From contig JBKCMR010000001.1 of the NCBI GenBank assembly GCA_046300055.1, positions 7,472-71,471 on the forward strand: 64,000 nt of DNA. Direction: 5' to 3'. Position numbers and translations under genes: made by a program. Source of the DNA: Bacteroidota bacterium. Lineage in GTDB: Bacteria > Bacteroidota > Bacteroidia > Chitinophagales > Chitinophagaceae. Of the stretch, positions 35,759-43,993 are shown piece after piece (the first letter of the stretch is position 1; the number at the start of each line of letters is the position of its first letter). Below the pieces are notes generated by a model. The model worked only from the letters and a program-made list of their open reading frames with translations. It did no database searches and had not been told where the DNA came from.

Positions 35759-36676
35759 ATGGCCACTTCAAAACCAAACAAAGATCTGCTGGGCAAAGGA
35801 ATCCGATCCTTGCTGCAGTCCATCGATACAGACATCAAGTCTCCACAAGGCCAGCTCAAACAAGCGGTGGTGGAGCACATGACCCATTCGATGGCAATAG
35901 CTGTAGTGGACATTCAACCGAATCCAAAACAACCCCGTCACGATTTTGATGAAGCTGCCCTGAACGAGCTTGCACACTCCATCAAATTGCATGGCATCAT
36001 CCAGCCGGTCACCGTCTCTCAGATGACCAACGGCAAATACCGACTCATCGCCGGAGAACGCCGTTGGCGAGCTGCTCAGCTAGCCGGGCTCACTGAAGTG
36101 CCCGCCTATATCCGCCAGGCGAACGACCAACAGCTGTTGGAGTTGGCCTTACTGGAAAACCTACAACGGGAAGACCTGAACGCTGTTGAAGTTGCCCTCA
36201 GCTACAAACGAATGATGGATGAGCTCAATTACTCACAAGAGCAAGTAGCGGAGCGCATGGGAAAAGACCGAAGCACCGTTGCCAATTTCATTCGCCTACT
36301 GAAACTTCCGCCAGATATACAATTAGCTGTCAGAAATAATAAAATCTCCATGGGACACGCACGGGCGCTGGTCAATGTAGGCACTGTTGATCAGCAACTG
36401 TATGTCTTCAAAGAGATATTGAACAAAGAGCTGTCTGTTCGTCAGACAGAGGCGTTAGTGCGAAACCTATACAAACAACCGGCCGCTGTTAAAAATCCTG
36501 CAAAATCGACCAACGACGGTCCACTCAAACGAATTCAGGATAAATTAGCTTCCCATTTCAGCACACGGGTTCATTTACATCAAAACCCAAAAGGAGACGG
36601 AGCCATCACACTCGAATTCTATTCCAACGAAGAATTGAACAAGATCCTCCGGCAACTGAACGTGCCATTGGATTGA
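35759..36676 (+). CDS. parB: ParB/Spo0J partition protein
   Basis: ParB box GERRWRAA and a helix-turn-helix region. 305 aa. Confidence 0.92.
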   Translation: MATSKPNKDLLGKGIRSLLQSIDTDIKSPQGQLKQAVVEHMTHSMAIAVVDIQPNPKQPRHDFDEAALNELAHSIKLHGIIQPVTVSQMTNGKYRLIAGERRWRAAQLAGLTEVPAYIRQANDQQLLELALLENLQREDLNAVEVALSYKRMMDELNYSQEQVAERMGKDRSTVANFIRLLKLPPDIQLAVRNNKISMGHARALVNVGTVDQQLYVFKEILNKELSVRQTEALVRNLYKQPAAVKNPAKSTNDGPLKRIQDKLASHFSTRVHLHQNPKGDGAITLEFYSNEELNKILRQLNVPLD

Positions 36677-36677
36677 T

Positions 36678-37274
36678 ATGAAAAATATTCTGCTACTGCT
36701 GACTTTCCTGAGTTTGCTTTCTACTGCAGAAGCGATCCAACCGTCCGATAGCACCCCTACCGCTCCGACGCGTAAAGCAAATCGGTACGATTCCCTAAGC
36801 AAGAAACATAGTCCGCGGGTAGCCGCGATCCGATCAGCCATTGTGCCCGGCTGGGGACAGATCTACAATAAAAAATACTGGAAACTGCCGATCGTGTATG
36901 GAGCGCTGGGCACCTGCGCAGGTGTTTTCGTGTATAATCTGAACAATTATAAAGACACCCGATTCGCCTACCGCGTGAAATACAACATGCGCGTCAACTT
37001 TACCGATTCCACCCTGTTCGACCAGATCAATCCGCTGATGAAACCATTGGACGAAGAATCACTTCGCTATTACCGCGACCAGTTTCGACGTGATATAGAT
37101 TATTCAGTTCTTTTCTTTTTGCTTCTTTGGGGACTGAATGTTGTAGATGCTACAGTCGATGCCCACCTCAAGAGTTTCGATGTGGGACCAGACCTCTCGC
37201 TTCAACTCAAACCCGGAAGGAGTCAACTGGCCGGAACCAGCGGCCTCAGTGTCGTCTTAAAAATCGGAAAATAA
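36678..37274 (+). CDS. DUF5683-like membrane protein
   Basis: 198 aa. SAIVPGWGQIYNKKYWK motif. Its position directly after parB is typical of Bacteroidota. Confidence 0.6.
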   Translation: MKNILLLLTFLSLLSTAEAIQPSDSTPTAPTRKANRYDSLSKKHSPRVAAIRSAIVPGWGQIYNKKYWKLPIVYGALGTCAGVFVYNLNNYKDTRFAYRVKYNMRVNFTDSTLFDQINPLMKPLDEESLRYYRDQFRRDIDYSVLFFLLLWGLNVVDATVDAHLKSFDVGPDLSLQLKPGRSQLAGTSGLSVVLKIGK

Positions 37275-37280
37275 TAAGCC

Positions 37281-38003
37281 ATGAAAATCGCCCTTATCGG
37301 TTATGGTAAAATGGGCAAGGCCATTGAGTCTGTCGCCATGACGCAAGGCCACGAAATCATACTACGAATAGACGCCAACAACCCCGAAGGATGGCAGGCT
37401 CCTGAGATGAAACAAGCAGAGGTAGCCATCGAATTCACCGCACCAGAGTCTGCTCCGCACCACCTCGTAAAATGCTTTGAACTGGGTGTACCGATAGTTT
37501 GCGGTACCACCGGCTGGTTGAATCAATGGGAAGATGTCGTAAGCCGTTGCACAGCGCTGGGCGGCAGCTTCTTGTACGCCAGTAATTTCAGTGTGGGTGT
37601 CAACTTGTTTTTTGAACTCAATAAACAGCTCGCTAGATTGATGGCCCCACATGATGAATACAAAATATCGCTGGAAGAGATCCATCATACGGAAAAAAAA
37701 GATGCCCCCAGCGGAACAGCGATCACACTTGCCGAACAGTTGATCGCAAACAACTCCGCTAAAAAGAATTGGGTAAATCAGCCGACAACCCAATCAGATG
37801 AACTGGAGATCATCAGCAAGCGAATCGACAAGGTGCCGGGCACACACAAGATCCTTTATCAATCGGACATTGATTCAATAGAGATCACACATACGGCGCA
37901 TAACCGAATAGGATTTGCAACAGGAGCCGTGATGGCAGCAAAATTCCTGAAAGGAAAAACCGGCATTTATACCATGCAGGATGTGTTGGGCCTTTCTCGT
38001 TAG
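37281..38003 (+). CDS. dapB: 4-hydroxy-tetrahydrodipicolinate reductase
   Basis: GYGKMG nucleotide motif. HHTEKKDAPSGTA signature. Confidence 0.9.
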   Translation: MKIALIGYGKMGKAIESVAMTQGHEIILRIDANNPEGWQAPEMKQAEVAIEFTAPESAPHHLVKCFELGVPIVCGTTGWLNQWEDVVSRCTALGGSFLYASNFSVGVNLFFELNKQLARLMAPHDEYKISLEEIHHTEKKDAPSGTAITLAEQLIANNSAKKNWVNQPTTQSDELEIISKRIDKVPGTHKILYQSDIDSIEITHTAHNRIGFATGAVMAAKFLKGKTGIYTMQDVLGLSR

Positions 38004-41000
38004 TTACAGCCCAATACTTCGCACAGCTTTTGTCCCAACGCTTCCCCGCGCAGATTCTTCGCAATAATCACCCCATTCGGATCGATCAATAGATTCTGAG
38101 GGATGCTTTGCACTTTATATTGCTTAGCTACTGCGTTATTCCAGAATTGAAGATCGCTGACATGTGTCCAAGTCAATTTATCTTCCTGGATGGCCTCAAG
38201 CCAACGATTTTTCTGACCGGGTCGGTCCAATGAAACACCCAGCACCGTAAAATTTTTATCCTTGAAGCGCTGATAGTTCTCAACGACATTGGGGTTTTCC
38301 GAACGGCAGGGACCACACCAACTGGCCCAGAAATCCAATAACACGTATTTCCCTCTGAAGGAAGAAAGGGAAACCGGGTTGCCATTTACATCGTCCTGTG
38401 TGAATTCCATTGCCATGCTGCCAACTGCTCCCACTTTACTATCCTCGATCATCGTCAATAATTGCTTACCGATGGTCGACTGCTGACCGGCCAGAGATAA
38501 TTTCTTATACCTACGCTCCAGAACGACCGGATCTTGACTGAATCCATAGGTCGCAGACAATATAAAAGGAGCAACAGGTGAGTTCGGATTGGCATCAATG
38601 ATCGAATCGATCAGTAATTGCATATTCGTCTGCGAGGTCTGATAAAGAGCCATCAAACTATCGCGTTGTGCGGGGTTTTGTGTGGTATTGATGATGCCGG
38701 CCCACTGATTGGTCTGTTGAACGATGGGCAAGAATCGCTTGATGAATGATTGAAAATCCAAATGCGCCGGAGAACCCTTCACCTCATATTCATTTGGCTT
38801 TCCCGCAGATGGCTCAACACTCACAGTTCCCGGCTGAAGAAACAATTCGATCGGTCGATTCTGACTTCCAACCTGCAAAAAATAAAGATTGGCATCTTCC
38901 ATCGGGATCGTGAAGGCAAAACCCCCACCCATTGTTTTCACTTCCTGACTGGGCGATTGATCACCATTTTTGATCAAAAAAACCGAAGTGCTATCCGGAA
39001 GCTGAAAGCCTTTTCCTGTCAAAAGACACATTGTATCCTTTGGCGCTGTCACAACCACCTCGGCTGAGGGGGAAGCTATCTGCCCACCGAGATTCTTTTC
39101 GATCCACTGGGTCATATTATGCCAGAGATGCATAGTCGTATTATCCATACCACCGCTGATACCATGATTCTTATTCGGATAATACATACTCTCGAAATCA
39201 ATATTACTTTTCACCAAGGAGGTGATCATTTGGGTAGCATTCTGAAAATGCACATTATCATCCGCAGTTCCATGTATGATCAGATACTTACCCTTGATGC
39301 GATTGGTGAAGTTGATCGGCGAGTTATCATCATACCCTTTGGGATTTTCCTGTGGCGTGCGCATGTAGCGCTCCGTGTAGATATTATCATAATAGCGCCA
39401 GCTCGTAACGGGTGCAACCGCAACTGCTGCACTGAACACGTCCGCTCCCTTGGTAATGGCTAGTGAGCTCATGAAGCCACCATAACTCCAACCCCAGTGA
39501 CCGATTCTGGATTTATCAACAAATGGCAGTTTACCCAGCTCCAATGCCGCATCGATCTGATCTTCGATCTCGAATTTTCCTAACTGCAGGTACGTCTTCT
39601 TCTTGAACTCCTCTCCTCTGTAGCCGGTGCCGGTGTTGTCTACACTCACAATGATGAATCCTTTCTGACTCATCATTTGATGCCAGGGACTCACCACACC
39701 CCAACGGTTGGCAACTTGCTGTGAACCCGGTCCACCGTAATTACAGAAAAGCACCGGATATTTTTTGGAGGGATCGAAATTCGATGGCTTCAACATCCAT
39801 CCGTTTAGCGTATCCCCTTTTGAGTTCGGTATACGGAGGAATGCAGATTGTCCGAATCCATATTCAGCGAGTTTTGTCCGCAGCTTAGCACTTTCCGAAA
39901 CGGTGCGAATCAGAGATGTTTTCCAGCCCTTCTTCTTGTCGAGTGATATTTTCTGGACTGTCACCACATTCGGCTCGTTGATGGTGGATCGAAAATCAAA
40001 GAATTGTGTAAAGTCGTCATTCAGCTCCACCCGATGCCAGGCCGAGTCAGTTGTCAAGGCAGCCGATTTTTTCCCGGAAAAATCAGACACGAACAAGTTC
40101 CTGTCCATCGGACGAGGCCAAGCCAAGGTATAAAACACCTGCTTCCCAGCCTCATTCACCGCATTGATCTCCGCCACTTCTGCATCGGGGCGGCTGAGCG
40201 GGGTGAGTTGACCATTGTCCATTTGTAACACATACAATCGGCGCATCCCATCCTTCTCGCTGGTGAAGAGCAACTGCTTGCCATTTTTCAAAAACTGCCA
40301 ATCGTCGTTGATCTCAACAAAATATTTATTACGCTCTTCATAGAGCACTTTTGACTGACCGGTAGTGGCGGAAGTCGACAACAGCTGCATGTGATTCTGA
40401 TGGCGATTCATCCAAAAAACAACCAGGCTACTATCCTGCTGTGTCCATTTGATCCGCGGGATATAAACATCCCCCTCCGAAAATTGAGCTTTCGCCACTT
40501 TGTTCTGCGTAAAATCATGGATCAGGATCTGTACTGTTGAATTCACATCACCTGCCTTCGGGTATTTATAGCGATAATCCTTATTGTACCCATTGTCAAA
40601 GATGGTCATGTTGTACTCCGGCACCTTTGACTCATCAAAACGATAATAGGCCAAGAAACTCCCCTTGGGGCTCCAGGCATAGGCCTGTGTGAACTCAAAC
40701 TCTTCCTCGTACACCCAGTCACAATTACCATTGATGATCTTGTTCCACACACCATCGGTTGTTAATGCTTTCGTTGTGCCGCTTTTCACCTCATATACAT
40801 ACAAATTGTTGCTCATCACGTAGGCGATGCGGCTTCCATCAGGTGAAAAGCTGGGGTGAAGGACTTTCTCCTCAGCTAAGCGAGTCAATTTGCGGCTCAC
40901 CGTATCATACAAATAGATCCAGGACTTGGAGGAACGACGGTAGATAGACTCTGTCCCTTTACGCAACAGGTAGAGTTTTCCATCAGCGGGTGAAGCGACC

Positions 41001-41218
41001 GAGCTTTCAGGTTGACCAAAAGGCTTACCGTTCACATCTGTTACCCCGTCTAGTCGCAATTCCGCTTCTTTTTGTGTGCTATCGAATATGACAGGCACGA
41101 ACTCGCCCCGGAAGGTGCCTTTTTTGTAAATGTCCTCCAGGGTGATGGACTTAGTCTGGGCCAATAACTGACCTGAAAATAGTAGCAGGCTTAAAAGGGG
41201 TACAATCTGTTTGCGCAT
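38000..41218 (-). CDS. fusion protein: S9B dipeptidyl-peptidase IV + DUF4369-like + TlpA/AhpC-type thioredoxin domain
   Basis: One uninterrupted frame, trimmed to the ATG at 41218 (MRKQIVPLLSLLLFSGQLLAQ signal peptide). The DPP-IV triad motifs are GWSYGG, HGTADDNVH and NKNHGI. The peptidase ends near WIEKNL (about 39089). A linker follows, then VLLDFWASWCGPCRSE (CGPC at 38306-38317). Confidence 0.8.
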   Translation of the reverse strand: MRKQIVPLLSLLLFSGQLLAQTKSITLEDIYKKGTFRGEFVPVIFDSTQKEAELRLDGVTDVNGKPFGQPESSVASPADGKLYLLRKGTESIYRRSSKSWIYLYDTVSRKLTRLAEEKVLHPSFSPDGSRIAYVMSNNLYVYEVKSGTTKALTTDGVWNKIINGNCDWVYEEEFEFTQAYAWSPKGSFLAYYRFDESKVPEYNMTIFDNGYNKDYRYKYPKAGDVNSTVQILIHDFTQNKVAKAQFSEGDVYIPRIKWTQQDSSLVVFWMNRHQNHMQLLSTSATTGQSKVLYEERNKYFVEINDDWQFLKNGKQLLFTSEKDGMRRLYVLQMDNGQLTPLSRPDAEVAEINAVNEAGKQVFYTLAWPRPMDRNLFVSDFSGKKSAALTTDSAWHRVELNDDFTQFFDFRSTINEPNVVTVQKISLDKKKGWKTSLIRTVSESAKLRTKLAEYGFGQSAFLRIPNSKGDTLNGWMLKPSNFDPSKKYPVLFCNYGGPGSQQVANRWGVVSPWHQMMSQKGFIIVSVDNTGTGYRGEEFKKKTYLQLGKFEIEDQIDAALELGKLPFVDKSRIGHWGWSYGGFMSSLAITKGADVFSAAVAVAPVTSWRYYDNIYTERYMRTPQENPKGYDDNSPINFTNRIKGKYLIIHGTADDNVHFQNATQMITSLVKSNIDFESMYYPNKNHGISGGMDNTTMHLWHNMTQWIEKNLGGQIASPSAEVVVTAPKDTMCLLTGKGFQLPDSTSVFLIKNGDQSPSQEVKTMGGGFAFTIPMEDANLYFLQVGSQNRPIELFLQPGTVSVEPSAGKPNEYEVKGSPAHLDFQSFIKRFLPIVQQTNQWAGIINTTQNPAQRDSLMALYQTSQTNMQLLIDSIIDANPNSPVAPFILSATYGFSQDPVVLERRYKKLSLAGQQSTIGKQLLTMIEDSKVGAVGSMAMEFTQDDVNGNPVSLSSFRGKYVLLDFWASWCGPCRSENPNVVENYQRFKDKNFTVLGVSLDRPGQKNRWLEAIQEDKLTWTHVSDLQFWNNAVAKQYKVQSIPQNLLIDPNGVIIAKNLRGEALGQKLCEVLGCN

Positions 41219-41265
41219 ATACTGATTTGGAGGATAAAAATAACTCAATCTGCTCTTCAGGGGGC

Positions 41266-41293
41266 ATAAAAAAGCCATCGAAAATCGATGGCT
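41266..41293 (-). terminator. rho-independent terminator of the alpha-oxoamine synthase gene
   Basis: agccatcga-ttt-tcgatggct on the minus strand, followed by TTTTTAT. Confidence 0.7.
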
Positions 41294-41317
41294 TGTAGAA
41301 GGTTCTGTTAAACCGTA

Positions 41318-42577
41318 TCAGGACTTTTCAGCCATAGCCGGGATGGCATCCACGCGATAAACACCTGCATCCAGCTTTTTCTTGGTGTCCGAGAACGCCT
41401 GGAGGGTTAATTCAATATCCTCGTCGGTATGTACGGCAGAGGGGATCAAGCGGAAGATGATGTGCCCTTTGGGGATAACCGGATATACTACGATGGAGGC
41501 GAAGATCCCGTAGTTCTCCCGCAGGTCCATTACCATGGCCGTAGCCTCCTCTACACCGCCATGCATGTAAACTGGGGTTACCACTGAATCGGTTTTACCA
41601 ATATCAAATCCACGAGCTTTCAGGCCGTCTTGCAATTTGCGGGCATTACTCCAAAGCTTGTCTTTGTATTCGGGATGGTTACGCAACAACTCCAATCGCT
41701 TGAGATTGCCCACCACCAGGGGCATGGGCAGGCTTTTGGCGAATATCTGGGAGCGGATATTGTAACGAACGTAGTCGATGATCTTCTTGTCACCGGCAAC
41801 AAACGCCCCGATGCTAGCCATAGACTTCGCGAAGGTTGAGAAGTAAATGTCGATCGCATCTTGGCATCCTTGCTCCTCACCGGCACCTGCACCGGTTTTG
41901 CCCAAGGTTCCAAATCCGTGTGCATCGTCCACCAACAGGCGGAACTCATATTTTGATTTCAGCGCAGCGATCTCCGTTAATTTTCCTTGATCACCTGCCA
42001 TTCCGAACACGCCCTCAGTTATCACAAGAATACCGCCGGTCTTTTGCTTATCGATCAATGCCTGGGCCCGTTGCAATTGCTTTTCGCAATCAGCCACATC
42101 ATTATGCTTGAACACATAACGATGTCCGGGATGTAAACGCAATCCGTCGATGATACAGGCATGGCTCTCCGCATCATAAACGATCACATCATGACGGCTA
42201 CAAAGTACATCGATGATGCTGACCATTCCTTGGTATCCGAAGTTGAGCAGTGCCGAATCTTCCTTGCCGACAAAAGCTGCCAATTCAGCTTCCAATTGCT
42301 CATGCTGGTTACTGTTACCACTCATCATTCGAGCACCCATCGGATACGCCAATCCAAATTCCTTAGCACCGTCTGCATCCGCTTTTCTGACTTCGGGATG
42401 ATTGGCCAGACCTAGGTAGTTATTCAGGCTCCAAACAATCATTTCTTTACCCCGGAATTTCATGCGACTGCTGATCTCTCCCTCCAACTTGGGAAAGGCA
42501 AAATATCCATGTGCTCGCTCACGGTGTTGTCCAAGCGGCCCCTGATTCTTGAGTAATCTTTCAAAAAGGTCTGCCAT
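41318..42577 (-). CDS. alpha-oxoamine synthase family PLP enzyme (KBL / serine palmitoyltransferase / cysteate acyltransferase-like)
   Basis: 419 aa. YFAFPKLEGEI...WSLNNYLGLANHPEV N-terminus, and PLP-lysine region FSTFAKSMAS. Confidence 0.85.
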   Translation of the reverse strand: MADLFERLLKNQGPLGQHRERAHGYFAFPKLEGEISSRMKFRGKEMIVWSLNNYLGLANHPEVRKADADGAKEFGLAYPMGARMMSGNSNQHEQLEAELAAFVGKEDSALLNFGYQGMVSIIDVLCSRHDVIVYDAESHACIIDGLRLHPGHRYVFKHNDVADCEKQLQRAQALIDKQKTGGILVITEGVFGMAGDQGKLTEIAALKSKYEFRLLVDDAHGFGTLGKTGAGAGEEQGCQDAIDIYFSTFAKSMASIGAFVAGDKKIIDYVRYNIRSQIFAKSLPMPLVVGNLKRLELLRNHPEYKDKLWSNARKLQDGLKARGFDIGKTDSVVTPVYMHGGVEEATAMVMDLRENYGIFASIVVYPVIPKGHIIFRLIPSAVHTDEDIELTLQAFSDTKKKLDAGVYRVDAIPAMAEKS

Positions 42578-42603
42578 ACTGTAGGATTAGGTGAAATATG
42601 ATG

Positions 42604-42611
42604 CAAATGTA
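42604..42611 (-). promoter_or_regulatory. -7 promoter box (TACATTTG on the minus strand) for the AOS gene
   Basis: Perfect TAnnTTTG match, 26 nt upstream of the ATG at 42577. Confidence 0.4.
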
Positions 42612-42664
42612 CAGCAAAAAGGCATTTTCTGAGAGAGCAGGGAGCATCCCCAAGCCTTCCTGAA

Positions 42665-42672
42665 TATCTTTG
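42665..42672 (+). promoter_or_regulatory. -7 promoter box TATCTTTG for the amidotransferase gene
   Basis: Perfect TAnnTTTG match, 10 nt upstream of the ATG at 42683. Confidence 0.4.
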
Positions 42673-42682
42673 CCTTTGAGAC

Positions 42683-43312
42683 ATGAAACCAATCCTCGTT
42701 GTCGATAATTACGATTCTTTCACGTACAACCTTGTACACCTGCTTGAGTCGGTGACCGATCAGGTCATTGAGGTTCGTAGGAATGACGCTGTGGAGCCAG
42801 AAGAAATTGTCGACTTTGAACGCCTGGTACTTTCACCGGGTCCGGGCCTACCACAAGAAGCAGGCCGCCTAATGGAACTGATCCGTGCCGCACCATCAAA
42901 TATGCCGGTATTGGGCGTGTGCCTGGGGATGCAAGCACTTGCCGTACATAGTGGCGGAAGACTTTTTCAACTGACAGAGGTACAGCATGGTATTGAGACC
43001 AACATAAAGATCCTAGCAACAAGCGATCGACTCGGGTTGTACGAAGGACTGCCAGACGATATCCGGGTAGGCCGGTATCATAGCTGGATGGTTGAAAAAG
43101 AAAGTTTACCTGATATCTGGCAAGCCACTTCCGCGGATACCCAGGGACGTATCATGTCTATGACCCATCGAACAAACCCCTGGCAGGGCGTTCAGTTTCA
43201 TCCGGAGAGCGTCATGACATCATTTGGCAAGCAACTCTTACAAAACTGGCTGCGAGGGGAACTGCCTGCTATGAAACCGCTAGAAGAGATAGATTTGCTA
43301 AATACTGATTGA
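42683..43312 (+). CDS. pabA: class I glutamine amidotransferase, anthranilate/aminodeoxychorismate synthase component II
   Basis: ILVVDNYDSFTYNL, catalytic GVCLGMQAL and HPES. I cannot resolve TrpG versus PabA from the sequence alone. Confidence 0.8.
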   Translation: MKPILVVDNYDSFTYNLVHLLESVTDQVIEVRRNDAVEPEEIVDFERLVLSPGPGLPQEAGRLMELIRAAPSNMPVLGVCLGMQALAVHSGGRLFQLTEVQHGIETNIKILATSDRLGLYEGLPDDIRVGRYHSWMVEKESLPDIWQATSADTQGRIMSMTHRTNPWQGVQFHPESVMTSFGKQLLQNWLRGELPAMKPLEEIDLLNTD

Positions 43313-43342
43313 ACTTCCCGCCCATTTCTTAGTTATTCATAC

Positions 43343-43900
43343 ATGAGAAAGATCGCCGTAGCCATCACCGGAGCCAGTGGATCCATATACGCTGAGGACC
43401 TATTACAAAAACTATGCGCCCTGAACGAACAGGTGCAGGAGATCTCGCTGGTGATGAGTACCAATGCAAAAGAAGTCTGGCGTACGGAATTAGGCAATGA
43501 AACTTGGAAAGACTTTCCAGTAAGAACATTTGATACACATGACTTCTCGGCTCCAATCGCCTCCGGTTCCGGACAATACGATACACTGATCGTTATTCCT
43601 TGCTCCATGGGTACGCTGGGTCGTATTGCTAATGGTGTATCGGGCGATCTGATCACCCGCGCCGCTGATGTGATTCTAAAAGAACGACGCAAACTGATAC
43701 TAGTTGCTAGAGAGACCCCCTACAATCTCATTCACATTCGAAATATGGAAGCAGTCACCTTGGCGGGTGGGATTATTTGTCCGGCTACCCCCTCCTTCTA
43801 CAGCCTGCCCAAAACCCCGAAGGAAATTGCTGCCACGGTGGTAGATCGGGTGTTAGACCTGGCCGCACTCAAGCACAAAACCTATCGCTGGGGCAACTGA
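43343..43900 (+). CDS. ubiX: flavin prenyltransferase UbiX
   Basis: IAVAITGASGSIYA, VIPCSMGTLG and LILVARETP motifs. 185 aa. Confidence 0.9.
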   Translation: MRKIAVAITGASGSIYAEDLLQKLCALNEQVQEISLVMSTNAKEVWRTELGNETWKDFPVRTFDTHDFSAPIASGSGQYDTLIVIPCSMGTLGRIANGVSGDLITRAADVILKERRKLILVARETPYNLIHIRNMEAVTLAGGIICPATPSFYSLPKTPKEIAATVVDRVLDLAALKHKTYRWGN

Positions 43901-43993
43901 TTCGCATCATACCGAACGAGCGAGTTCATCATTTTTGGCACAGCCGCACTGTGATTTTTTTGTGGTTCAATCTGTTAACCACAAATCAACCCT

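Noticed and set aside
34854-36700. A parS centromere site (tGTTtCACGTGaAACa) near parAB.
   Set aside because: I scanned by eye for CACGTG and TTTCAC/GTGAAA pairs and found no 16-bp parS-like palindrome in or near parAB. The only strong GTGAAAT/ATTTCAC palindrome (15680-15702) has its half-sites in the opposite arrangement with a 3-nt spacer. A computational pattern search would be needed to be certain.
39144-39152. A DnaA-box-like ttatccata, considered because the nearby parAB could hint at an origin.
   Set aside because: It is a single imperfect box inside a coding region. There is no cluster of boxes, no AT-rich unwinding element and no dnaA or dnaN in the window.
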